Below, piece after piece: positions 14,505 through 28,073 of a DNA stretch of 64,000 nt. Made by a program: the position numbers and the translations under genes. Below the pieces are notes generated by a model. It did no database searches, was not told where the DNA came from, and worked only from the letters and a program-made list of their open reading frames with translations. Within the stretch, counting starts at the first letter, position 1. The number at the start of each line of letters is the position of its first letter. The stretch comes from Octopus vulgaris (taxonomy: Eukaryota): positions 108,872,001 through 108,936,000 of the forward strand of contig OX597822.1 in assembly GCA_951406725.2 (NCBI GenBank), in the 5' to 3' direction.

Positions 14505-14658
14505 TTTCTCTCTCTGTGTATCTTTCTGTTGAAGAGCGTAGGCTCGAAACGTTAAAGACTTGTTTTATTTATATTTCCTGAGCGCCATACTAATACAAAT
14601 GTTCGTTTGTTTTCCACCTGCCTTCGTCTTTTGTTTATTTTCATAAAGCTTCCCGTTA
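14505..14658 (+). mobile_element. Penelope-like terminus with degenerate minimal hammerhead motif, within (TA)n
   Basis: TCTTT-CTGTTGA-A-GAGC(GTAG)GCTC-GAAA-CG-TT-AAAGA at 14521-14558. Confidence 0.55.
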
Positions 14659-15408
14659 TATATATGTATATATATATATATACATATATATATATACTTG
14701 TATGTATGTATGTATGTATACATACACTTAAATATGTATATGTCTCTTAACGCTCCCCTAATGCACCTTTGAACGAAAGCGCACCCTGGAGCTGTAAATT
14801 CCCCCATAGACCATATGTCATCCGTCGAGAACACTTCAATACACATTACATGTTATTAGTATTGTATATAGGTTACATATTCTCCAGCCATTGCGTTGAA
14901 ATTTGATATGGGTTTTTATGGACAGAGTCAGTGTAAGACTGCAATGTTTTGTTGTTGCTATCTAGTATAGTGATGAATAATGTTAGAAAATACAGGATGA
15001 ATTTGTAGAGGTCAGGAATACTCTTATTATTCAGAATATAAATATTGATAGATTGAGATGATATCAAGTTGAGGTTGCTCAAAATTAATTATACATTTAT
15101 ATTAGCCTGATTAGGCGGGTCTTAACATTTCAAACTAATATATGAAGTGTGAGATGGATTGAAATTGGAGCTAAATTAAAAGTTTCTAAATTTAGAATTA
15201 AAGTAAACCTAGACATTAAACATTCAAATAATTCACAGAGTTTTGTGTGCTACCAAAGCAATTATGAAGTAGGAGAGAATATTAATATCTACAACATCAA
15301 TATCAATAATACCTATCTCGATAATATTCATTAAATAACTATAAAATAATATTACAAATTAATAACAGACACAACAATGACAATAACTATGGGATAATAA
15401 TAATAATG

Positions 15409-15466
<58 letters not shown>

Positions 15467-15486
15467 TTATAACAATAATAATGATG

Positions 15487-15544
<58 letters not shown>

Positions 15545-15717
15545 TAATAATAATAATAATAATAAAACGCTAAGAGGGTAAGACTCCGAATAATACTAGA
15601 ATGAAAATAAAAGATTAAAGCCTTAGAGGAATAAAACAGGATGAAATAAAATTTAAACTACATTTGAAATATTTTTAAATAATTGTAAACCCATGGATAT
15701 ATGTATATATATGTATA

Positions 15718-15792
<75 letters not shown>

Positions 15793-17574
15793 CTACAAAC
15801 ACATTGTAGACCATAAAACATTCGAAGTGTGTTATATATTGATATGTAATTATGCTAGTAACAACTTAGTTTGAATTTGAGAAGCATTAAGCAGCTTGAT
15901 GTTTTGGGTATGTTCGTTAACATTACGTGAGTCTCGCTGTAACACGTGTCGTAAGTGTAACCGAGCTACACAGGGAATTGGAGAACAACGAAAAATTCAG
16001 AAGAGATCGATATGAAAGGGGGAAAGCTTTTATTCAAAGTATCGTGAATTGGGGTTATCTATGCTTTCCGTATGTTCGAGAAGTAATCTTCAACTAATCC
16101 ACTGCAATTCAAAGGAATTTCCAGCGCTGTTTATGGCACAGATGCAGGGAAAAATCTCCTAATCAAGAGCTTAGAACTCAGCGCGGTTTTTACTGTATTA
16201 ATACTTTTCTACTTAATCCATGCAAATGAAAATTCACCACACTTAAAAATCTAAACTAGAACCATATTATGGAAGATGTAATTTTAGAAGCATCAATACA
16301 TTCATGACACGGCACGATATCTCGTCACCTCTTCTTAGACCGCAGTAATAGCTTTCGTCACTCAACTATTAGCATTTGCAAAACCTCCAGAATCTATAAG
16401 AGCGATCTTGCTTCGCGATTTACAAACCCATCTTGTTATAGTTGCTATCGGAAATCTTGTGATTAGTCCATTGGAAACTTATAACCAGCAGCATCGTTGT
16501 GCAGTACTGCATGACGGGAAAGTATGAGTAAAAATAAGAAAAAGAGAGAAGTGTTAAGTGGTTATTCAATATATATTTGCCATTTATATTTGTAGCCAAT
16601 ATCAAATGTCAATCACTGCACGTGTCATATCACATTTTCAAAAAGAGATCGAAAGCAATTTGGAAATATATCGACATTTATTGATCGCAGATGTAATAAA
16701 GAGTAAGTCGTTACCAGCGGGATTTGAACTAAGAACGTAAATAAATACTGCTAGATATTTTCTGATTTACTGCAGCGGTTTTACTACTACCAGTGTCAAC
16801 TATGTATGAGAAAGTAGTTAAATGGCTCGAAAGGACGCGGGTTATAAACCAGATGTATCACCATTTCTGCTTCGATGCAGACAGAACGAGACGTATGCTG
16901 TCTTAGTCAGACTCTTTACATATCAACTGGTATCCGAGTTAACTCATCTATTTGATGCCGCTTGCCTAATTTATTCAATCATACATTTTATCTTGCGTAA
17001 TAGCCTTGGATGTAATATTAGTTTTTGTATTTTACCGCCACGAACAGAGATAAAGAGGAAAAAATAACTGTAATAAGCATTAGAGTTCCGGATAAGTTAT
17101 AAAAAAATATGTAAAAATAACAGCATTATGGATATAAATGGATTTGGAAATGTTTCAATCATGCTGGTCACAAACTGTTAAATAAGAAATCTCACATATA
17201 AATTACATTGCATGAAACTCTCCCTCATATGTGTTCTCTGACATATGTTTACTAAGCTCATTTCACCAGGTTTCTACGCACCAACATTTAGAAATTTTGT
17301 GATAGGGTAGCACTTCTCATTATACACCCAATTTCTGTTTCCATCAGCAGTTGAACATTTCTGTTTTGATCATAGGGGAAGGTACCTATCTTCTCTCTCC
17401 ATCATATCTCTCTAATTACAATACATCTTCCTCTATAACTAGCCAAGAAGTTGATTAATGTTTACGATAGACTCAATCACTGCCAATTAAAGTGGTGCTA
17501 TGTATGGTGTTTACTATGTGTGGTGTTACCCTTTCCTTTAAATGAAATACCGAATTATAGAAAGCTCAATAGTA

Positions 17575-18799
17575 CATAGTGCTTTAGGTATTTGAGGACA
17601 TGTTAATTTTAATAGAGCAGCATATTTATCTACTGAATATTTTCTATATTTCAAAATTATCAATAATAGGCCCTATAATTACACAAGAAATCCAAAGGGA
17701 CCCAGTCATCATGGTTATAATAGCTGAACATAGCAATTTAAAAATAGCACGATTTTTATAAGTCGCTAGATCCCTCGTCTACAACATTCGCAAAAATTTA
17801 GAGGCTAAAAACGGAAATGTATCGCACATATCAAAACGTAAGAGACTGTGTAGACGCATTGATACTAAGAGAACTCCAGAGTTTATTCAACAAGTAAATT
17901 AGACCATTGATGACAATGCCAGAATATGCATGCTTGCAAACGAACACCATATGAAAGAATAAACTATCCAAATATTGTCCACAAAAACATCATATACAAA
18001 TCTTTTGCGATGAGAAAAGTCATTTCATGTCAGAAATAGTAAAAGAAAATCGCTTAATCAGATCTAAATGACTCCTGAACAAACTTAAAAAAACAGCAGA
18101 GAAAGTTGTCATTCGGTTCTTCTCAGTCGAGTAAAACTTTGATCAAGATCAGAAAATACGCAGAAGGAATGACAGATGGCTATGTACAGACCCTTAGGAA
18201 TTTCATATAATACATATAAAATTTCCTGCAACTGTCATGGTTTTGGGGGTTATCATCAATGCAGGATATGTGCTGCCTCCTCACTTCTTTCCACAAAGTC
18301 TTCGAGTAGATTCTGGTGCATACATAGAAGTTCTGAATATACAGTGGTTAAGCCAATGATCCATAGTTTACGCAACGGAAGACTTTGTGTTTCAACAAGA
18401 CTCAGCACTATCACACACGGCTACAGCAACGCAGGAATGGATGGCGGAAAATTTTCATGACCACATAACCTCCGACTTTTGACTCCCCAGATCTCAATCC
18501 ATTGGACTACTATGTATAGTGCAAAGTTGATAAAGAGATTAATGAGTACCCTCTTAATAACAAAGAGTAATGTTAGTCAGAGTAATGTCACATATGAACA
18601 CAGACCAATTGATCTTAGCATGTAGGGGATTCAGACTTCGCATAGAAGCCGTTATTGCAGCTGAAGGAGACTTTATTGAATAAAATGACGATACAATATG
18701 CTAATTCTTTTTCCTAAGTTTTTTTTCAATAAAATGGCGTTATTGTCTGTTCATTTTTGCGTAAGTATATAAATGTTCTCAAATACTTTACGCACCCTA
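17575..18799 (+). mobile_element. Full-length degenerate Tc1/mariner transposon, DD37D (maT) type; transposase pseudogene
   Basis: Broken frames give NFDQDQK..RRNDRWLC, KFPATVMVLGV, PPHFFPQ, VFQQDSA.SHTA..TQEWMAENFHDHIT, SPDLNPLDYYV and RIEAVIAAEGDFIE*. Spacing is 37 if the deleted WPPN is restored. Imperfect TIRs at 17573-17603 and 18771-18801 (about 23/31) with TA flanks. Confidence 0.85.
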
Positions 18800-20251
18800 T
18801 ATATGTGACAAACAAATGGTACCAAATTAACAAAAAAGTTACTGTATGGAATTAATGTATTTTGTTATTTGACCATGCTGTCTGAGCGGTCAGAGTTCAA
18901 GTGTAGTCATGCTAAACTTTGTTTTCGGTGTTCATAGATACTGGGGAGAGATATTTAGAGAATCGGAGAAGATGCCTTTGGGTTGTTGGGTTTTTTTTTG
19001 TGTTGAGATCAAATATTCTAACTATTGCATTTTAAATAATTTTATCACAAAACAGTGGCATCGAACCCAGAAACAAACAAAGAAATACCAAGCCACTCTG
19101 TAAGGGACTTCAATGAATAAAAAAATCTAATGTAACAAGACGTTATCAAACACCTATATTTGCGGAGGATGCAGTTCTCTATATGCGTGCCATGTGTTTT
19201 TCTCTGGATGTGTGTGGGCGTACGTGCACGTGCGTAAGAGAGAGTGAGAGAAAGTGCATATGTCAATGAGTTGTTTAATGAATATATCAATAAATGAAGC
19301 CTTATTTAAACACCACCCTGTAACGAGTCACGTGACGCAACAATATTACTAATTCTCTAAATGCTATTTCAACATTTCTTCATCCGGAGTTTTGTTGTCA
19401 GGCAACTATAGCGTCTTTCTCTTCTGTGCGACATACATTCTTTAATCTCTGATGTATTTGAGGGTTTTATTCACGCTTCTTCCTGGACATACATCTTCTG
19501 TTTGTTTTGATTTTTGATTACACACAGACATATGTACCCTTTGACTGTCTTAATCTATCACATGCAAGTGTCATCTGTATAAGGCACTATGGATTGATAT
19601 GAAAGGCAGAGATTTAACAAGAAATCTATATGCATAGTCACCACTGAGGCTGATAAAGAGATTTAGCTACCTGTTCTTGAAGAACTAGAGATTAGATCTC
19701 ACAGAAGTTACAAGGGTATGTGAAAGCAAAGAAAGCGTAGATTGGCTGATTTAGCCGCAGATAAACCGTGTTTGAAAAATGAGGCAAGATGTTCATAAGG
19801 TTAATGTAATTGGCCATAACTCTAATCCGTTAGGGATTAGTTGAATCTTAGCAACAACAACTACAGCAACGACAGCAAGAACAAGAACAACAACAACAAT
19901 AACAGCAACCATAACCAACTGACATATTTAGTTCTGCTGTCCAACTCATAACTACCATGTCCGACCTAGTGGACATCTTATTGACTAACGGTAGAAACTG
20001 TTAAAATAAGTAAAAAAAAAAAATAAATCTTATCCTTAGAGTCAATGTAATTAATGCAATTTCCCCAGTGATTGGACGGCTTAAGTCAAGTCTATGTAAG
20101 AAATGAATATTTGCATTAGTGATGCCAATGAGGTGACAGATTTGGTAACTTCTGGGACTGAATGACGTACGGGGTTTGGTTTAATATATAGCAAGAATTC
20201 AAAGTAGAGTTGCATATCTTACAGAAGCAAGAGTACAAACACACACACACG

Positions 20252-20354
<103 letters not shown>

Positions 20355-20440
20355 TTGATTTTGATTGATAAACATGAATCAAATATGTTCTGAAATCGTT
20401 CAAAATATTTCAAAGCCAAACTGTTGAAGACTTAAGAATG

Positions 20441-20504
<64 letters not shown>

Positions 20505-22829
20505 ATGTGTGTTTTTGTTTTATGTGCAGTTGAGAGTTTCCTGAAGGACTATTTTCTATTTGTTAACCGCTCCTCAGAGACGTAATCTGATATTTATATC
20601 AGTCGTATAGTAAACAAAGCCATGTGAAGATAATCTTATTTGCATATTTCTGACTATTAAAGATTGTCATTCAATAAACTCTACCTATGTCCAGCACTCT
20701 AATTTCCGTTGTGTTGTTGCATCAATATCAAATGTTATGATTTTGTATATTTAGAATTTATCAGATGCTCTTCAAAGTCAACTACTTTTATATGAATAAA
20801 TATAAAAGCACTTCATCATTTACGATCATTAATCTTCTTCTATACAAAAAAAAAAAACTCTCTTATATTTGGAAATGGAATGCTTACAGCTTTGCAGTGT
20901 TCTTTAATTTCATTTTACCAAAGACCACCTACTACATAGCTGAATTTTTTTTTTTACTTTATACTATACTTAGTGAAATAGAAGTTCTTCAAAGCGAGAT
21001 GTTTTTTTGGTAATCTATCTCATGACTCTCAGGCAATGTCTTATATGAGGTTTCCCACAATCTTTTATGCTGCATATGTTTTTGTCCTCAAATAAGTTGC
21101 ACATTTAAGATTAGAAAAGTCAAAGTTGAGGTATTTCTACTTAGATTTCATCGTAAGCTAGAAAAATATATATTATAATAATTACCAGTTGTACACTAAC
21201 AGTATGATTATGCTACAAATAACGCAAAAATGTCCAATTCTCAGGAAAGGAAATTTCATATTTATATTTATTTTAGTATATGCATATATTTTTTTATAAA
21301 AATGAAATTGTCTGCCCATTCTCTACTAAATAAAAAAGATGGTATTGTTATATATAATGAGATAGTTTTTGTGACTTTCTGAACGAAATACAGTAGTTCG
21401 AAGAAAAAAACAACTAGAAATAAATGATGTTGCAGTTCCAAAAATTTCTGAAACTCACTTAATATTCTGTAGCCAGTGGGTGACGGAATCCAAATTTTAA
21501 ACACCCGGTTGTTTTTCCTACTACTTTATTTATCTGCTTGATACTTATTTCTTCCACAGTTTTCTAAAGCTTTCTCACAATATGGAATGTTAAACAATTC
21601 ACATTCTAAAATAAATTTTTCAAGCACACTGTAATATACGTGTATGCACACATACATAAATATATATACGAGTCTGTGTGTATATGTGTGCGTGCTTTAG
21701 TGTATGTGCGTTTCTATGTGAATATGCTTCCGTGTGTATGTACTTTTTCCTATGAGTGTATATGTATCTATATTTGCATGCATATATGGGTATATGTTTG
21801 TAAGTATAAGTATTGTGGGTTTGTATCTATGTATACACGGGAATAGATAACAGCGTGAATGATATTGGCAATGTACCACAATTAATGGTCAATTAAGTTA
21901 AAGATTATGTCGTTATACAAACGGCGTACACATAATCTTTTTGGTCGTTTCATCTGCTAGAAAAAAAAGCAATATTTTACTTAATTCATATACTTACCGT
22001 TATAAAAGAAAGGACACATATCTAAGTAATGTTCCAATGTCAGCAGGATAGACAAAAAATACTTTTAAAATTACTGACCCATGCCTGGCGGGAACACCTT
22101 TAGTTATACTCATCTGTTATATGGGAATTTATTGGAAATCAATGGTCATCGATATGAAAAGTGTGACCTAAAAGATCCTATTAATGGTTGCATCGAAGAA
22201 CTTGCAATGTGGAACCCTCCATTGTCCCTTAATTGGTTCCAGATGACATGTCAGTCACTTCCGAACTACAGATTACAGTTCGCAATATGACGCGACATCT
22301 TAAATAAGTAATCATATGGCGTTGTTTATTGAAAATAATCCTATAACGAAAGTGGCTAGAAGAGTTAGATGAATGTTTAACGTTAGATAATGAACGACAT
22401 CGAACATCAACAATTACGTCGACAGCGATGACAACATGGACGACTGTGAATAAGGGACAATTCCGCTTTGCTATTTTGCTACCAAGAGAGCGTAACACAA
22501 TTCTCTAATTACAAAAACATCTTAAAATAGAGCGGCACAACTGCCATCATTATTTCTATTATATAAGAAGTGGGAATGGTTGAAGGCTTTTAATTATATG
22601 GAATTAAATAACAAGAATCGATGATTCAAAATCACGATGATATCCGTTAAGCTGCTGATGAAGGACACCCTGCGTTTCTGTTAAAGTGAATCTCATTCGA
22701 TGGTGACATGTTGTCGAAATCCAGTAAATTTTTTCCTGGTGCTTTTGTGTTTATATTTGTTTTATTTTTACATGGATAATATAAGTTAATTTGTCATTTC
22801 TAATTCTAGGTGGAATTCATTATTCATTT

Positions 22830-23048
22830 TGATCTGGGCGTCCTGAGATAGGAGGAGGTCGCAAGTGATTGCCCACGGTAGAAACAACTACTACGAAAGT
22901 GGGTAAGGTGAGGGTAAGATAAACAGGAACACGCCCCCACACAAAGGCGCCCTCGACGGAGGGAAAACCAGTAGCGCCGGCAGAGAACTCCTTCGAATGC
23001 AGTCGTTATATGCGTGTGGGCCTCTACAACCAAAGCAGACGCTGTACC
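22830..23048 (+). mobile_element. RTE-clade LINE 3' end fragment
   Basis: Frames read EEVASDCPR*KQLLRK...RRPRRRENQ...FECSR...GLYNQSRRC, the degenerate C-terminal CCHC of RTE elements. Followed by an (ATCC)/(ATCT)n tract. Confidence 0.6.
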
Positions 23049-23049
23049 A

Positions 23050-23364
<315 letters not shown>

Positions 23365-23507
23365 CCTCTCTCTCTCTCTCTGTATACAGGAGCATGCACA
23401 CACAAACATTTGAAGATGATATTAGAAATTTAGTTGCATTAACAGTCTTCTGGGTGAAAGGCAAAGGAGAAAATCGGCTGCAAATATACCGACTGCACTG
23501 AGCTGCA

Positions 23508-23546
<39 letters not shown>

Positions 23547-23847
23547 ATATATATACATATATATGTGATATATATATATATACATATATATGTGATATAT
23601 ATATATTCATATATATGTGTGTGTGTGTATGTGTGTGTATGTGTGTGTGTGTATACATGCATATATAAATACATCCATACATATGCATATATACATATAC
23701 ATTTATATACTTACATACCTACATACATGCATACATCTATATATATATCATAAATCCAAAAGAGAATCATTCTCTACAGATGGATAGACATATATACATA
23801 TAGAAACACACACAGACACACACACACACACACACACGCACACACAT

Positions 23848-23929
<82 letters not shown>

Positions 23930-24065
23930 CTTTTACTTATTTCAGTCCTTTGATTTCAGCCATGCTGGAGCACCGCGTTTAGTCGAGTAAATTGCCCCCT
24001 CTCGCAGGACCTATTCTTTGTAAGCCTAATATTTATTCTATCTGTCTCCTTTGCCGAACAGCTGT
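23930..24065 (-). mobile_element. SINE family C, 3' half
   Basis: CCATGCTGGAGCACCGC...TTCTTTGTAAGCC...TTTGCCGAAC matches the 31621-32019 copy. Confidence 0.75.
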
Positions 24066-24090
24066 GTACGCGCGCACACACACACAGACA

Positions 24091-24145
<55 letters not shown>

Positions 24146-24975
24146 ATATATATATATTCTTCTAATCTATCTATCTATCTATCTGTATATCTATCTATCT
24201 ATCTATACACACACACACACACATGCATGTCAGAATTATAGCAGAGTCATAGAATTATAGTAGGATATAAATGTTTGAATCAATGTATGTTAATATGTGC
24301 ATGCATGACTGTCTAGGAGTGTGTAATCGTACATATGCTTAAGCATCTGTTTATTTCCATCTTCATGATGTTGAACAACACACACACACACACACACACA
24401 CACGTGTGTGCGTGCACAAGCATATCCGCAGACGTGAGGGCCGATAAATAGTTCAATTTCATTTCAATCACAACCGACCGGTTTGTAAGAGTTGCCTCCC
24501 TTCGAATCTTAACTTCTTAAATTCTCGGAGAGAAAACATAAACATTGTAAATTTCGCTATACATTGACGAAGATTATTTTGCTACAGGTTTTCTTACATA
24601 TTTCTTTTTCCTATAAACAAAAAAAAACAACTTTTCCCTCTGTCTATAATTACGTTGCTTTTGAATTTCCCACTGTTAATCTGTGCCAACATTGAAAGGA
24701 AAAACGAGCGTATATATCATAAGTCTGTCGATGCAGTTTCGTTAATTTTCAGTTTTTGTTTACCTTACACGTATTTTAACTGATTTATTCATAATGTCTC
24801 TTTTTTTCTCTGTACATAATTTCCTTCCTTCCTTCCTCCCTTCCTTCCTTCCTTGTCTCACTGAATTTATCAATCTGTTCAGCCGTCTGTCTCTCTCTCT
24901 CACTTTCATATGCTCCCTACCTCTCTATCTCAGTTTGTCTATTTGTCTATATAGCTTTGTATTCGCGCATGTGTA

Positions 24976-25065
<90 letters not shown>

Positions 25066-25094
25066 CTCTCATTCTCTCTCGCTGTCTCTCCCTC

Positions 25095-25246
25095 TTCATC
25101 CCTCTCTCCATATCAATCGTTCCATCTTTTTTTTTACGATCCCTTTTGATCGAAAACCTCCTCCCTTTTTTTCTCCCTCAAAAGAAAAGCTCTACTTTGT
25201 AATTTGTCCCCTCTGTGTTCAGCCCTGTGTGACTAATAAGGAAACA
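25095..25246 (+). mobile_element. Probable L1/Tx1-type 3' UTR fragment ending at an (ATCT)n tract; second shorter tail at 25524-25553
   Basis: Ends TGTCCCCTCTGTGTTCAGCCCTGTGTGACTAATAAGGAAA, similar to the tails at 56166-56216 and 51654-51705(-). Confidence 0.5.
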
Positions 25247-25274
25247 TATCTATCTATCTATCTATCTATCTATC

Positions 25275-25333
<59 letters not shown>

Positions 25334-25335
25334 CC

Positions 25336-25409
<74 letters not shown>

Positions 25410-25420
25410 ATGTCTGACTC

Positions 25421-25491
<71 letters not shown>

Positions 25492-26036
25492 GTGTATCTA
25501 TCTATCTAATTATCTATCTCACATGTTCAGCCCTGTGTGGCCAACAAAGAAAGTTATCTCACATACTCTCTCTCTCTTTCTTGCTTTCTCTCTCTCTCTC
25601 TTTCTCTCCCTTTCACTCTCTCTCTCTCTACCTTTGAATCTCTCATCTCTAACTATATCTCCGAATGAGTTTGTTCTTGTCCACTCAAGCAAGACTTCCC
25701 CTACAGATTATAATACAACTGCAGATCCCTGATACATGCATACATAAATAATTACATACACATACATACACGTAGGCATATACACATTCAAAAATACATA
25801 TATACATATAATTATATCAAATATTAAAATACATTGTATTCTATAAATATGCTCTTCCCATATAGGCGCAGGTGTGGCATGTAAGTCAATTGTCATCTTG
25901 TATAGCATCAGGTCTAAAAAAGCTTTGTGAGTGGATTTGGTGGATGGAAACTGAACGAAACTCGTCGCATGTGTGCTTGTGTGTGTTGTAATACACACAC
26001 ACACAGAAACACAAACACACACACACAAACACAAAT

Positions 26037-26067
<31 letters not shown>

Positions 26068-26099
26068 CACACAAACACAAACACACACACAAACACACA

Positions 26100-27265
26100 T
26101 ATAAAGTAAGCAAAAAATGGAGAAATATTGATCAACCACAATTAACTAACATTAATTATTACTTTTTAATTAAATACAAATTTAACTGACCAATTATATC
26201 TAACGCTGGACTTTGGTCAATCCCATTACGGGCAATAGGTTGTTGGACTTTACAACATATCAATAAGTATATAGTTGAAATTAATTGATGGGCACTTTAT
26301 TGTGATTAACTATTAATTAGTACTATAAACATAATTATTAAGAACTAATTTGGAAGCACTCCGTCGGTTACGACGATGAGTGTTCCGGTTGATCCGAATC
26401 AACGGAACAGCCTCCTCGTGAAATTAACGTGTAAGTGGCTGAGCACTCCACAGACACGTGCACCCTTAACGTAGTTCTCGGGGATATTCAGCGTGACACA
26501 GAGAGTGACAAAACCGGTTCCTTGAAATACAGGTACAACAGAAACAAGAAATAAGAGTGAGAGAAAGTTGTGGTGAAAGAGTACAGCAGGGATCACCACC
26601 ATCCCCTGCCGGAGCCTCGTGGAGCTTTTAGGTGTTTTCGCTCTATAAACACTCACAACGCCCGGTCTGGGAATCGAAACCGCGAGTGCGCTGCCCTAAC
26701 CACTGGGCCATTGCGCCTCCTAAGAACTAATACGATTATTTCAAAATGTTATGGCACTCTCACTCCCTCTTTGTCCCGTTATTGTATTTTTTTATTTTAC
26801 ATTTTTATTTCTTATCCACCCTGTTCCGACCATCGAAAAAATAACTCACTAGTTACTATTTTAACAATAGTCATTTACCCAACGTCCCGAACCGACACAT
26901 AAGCCAAATGGTATGATTTAAATATATAAGCCTTCCATCTTCTTATTGAGGTTCTTTTCTTTCCTTTTATGTATAATTCTTCACTCTGATGAGGCTCCAT
27001 GTATTACCTAATATAATGAATACTATTTTCAGAATTTTCAATGGCAATGTCGTATAACATTGGAAGCAGAAACAGCTGTTAGACAAGATACAGTCTATTT
27101 CTATTCAATTAACAAGTTATCATGTATTTTACTTAATTGATGTTGATCAATATTTCTTCATTTTCTGTTCACTTCAAATTTGATTCCTGATAGATTCGTG
27201 CTTTATTGTTTATTACCAGTAACCCATTATCATAATATTCTTGCATAATTACTTATGTCCAGGGT
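26100..27265 (+). mobile_element. Penelope-like relic with inverted terminal segment and hammerhead-like motif, interrupted by a SINE
   Basis: 26106-26145 is an inverted copy of 27134-27173; CTGATGAG...GAAACAGCTGTT at 26986-27080. Confidence 0.5.
26352..26720 (-). mobile_element. SINE family B, full length, with 11-bp TSD
   Basis: Reverse complement of 36870-37250; TAAGAACTAAT at 26339-26349 and 26721-26731. Confidence 0.9.
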
Positions 27266-27362
27266 TAACATAGGTAATTATACCAGTAGTATATCGGATA
27301 TTTTTTATACCTTAGACGGTTATTCCAAACTCTAACTGTACTAACCTCATATATATATATAC

Positions 27363-27432
<70 letters not shown>

Positions 27433-27834
27433 TTTACACATACACATATACATACGTACATGAGTACATAAATACATACATACATATTTACATGAATATA
27501 TACATATATATAGATAGAATAATATTTTTTTAATTATTGCCTATCAAATAATTTTTAGAGGTAATAACAAATTAAGTACTTGTCTTAGAAATATTTGTCC
27601 TGAGGTCGATTCGTTAGAGTAAAATTCTACAAGGCTCTGCCCCAGCATGGCTATAGAAAACCTAATCGCGATCACAGAATATTACATCGCCTCAGTGTAT
27701 GTTTTGAGGGCATGCGTGAATGTCTTTTTGCATTTGTGCATGTATGTCTGAGTGTGTGTGTGTCTTTTGAGTTTTGTTGTTTTTGCTTTTACCCATTTCC
27801 TTGATACACGCCCTCCCCCCTAAAAGCACGCGGT

Positions 27835-28073
27835 AATATCAATAATGCTTGGATACAATTTATAAATATCTAGCGCATCGACTTGCGCACGTTTCCACAA
27901 CTCGCATGTCTCTTAATATTACAGTCCGTATTCCTGAGATACTTACAGCGCAGATCGTAGTATCTTGTAATCATTTCAAGAATACGGACTTTAAAAAGCA
28001 TGTGATTACTGGAAACGCGCGTAGCGGCGCATTAAATGATTATAAATTCGGTCCAAGGATTATTGTTATCATT
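27835..28073. mobile_element. Old foldback / palindromic MITE
   Basis: Arms of about 110 bp are diverged reverse complements (AGTCCGTATTC/GAATACGGACT, CGTTTCCA/TGGAAACG, AATTTATAA/TTATAAATT). Confidence 0.65.

Noticed and set aside
14873-15082. ORF faintly like a Penelope RT segment
   Set aside because: No catalytic motif recovered; similarity too weak.
19327-19336. Palindromic E-box GTCACGTGAC
   Set aside because: Isolated 10-mer with no supporting promoter context.
22652-22726. CTG-CTGATGA...GTC-GAAA-TC-CAG hammerhead-like string
   Set aside because: No helix III and poor stem II; compatible with chance.
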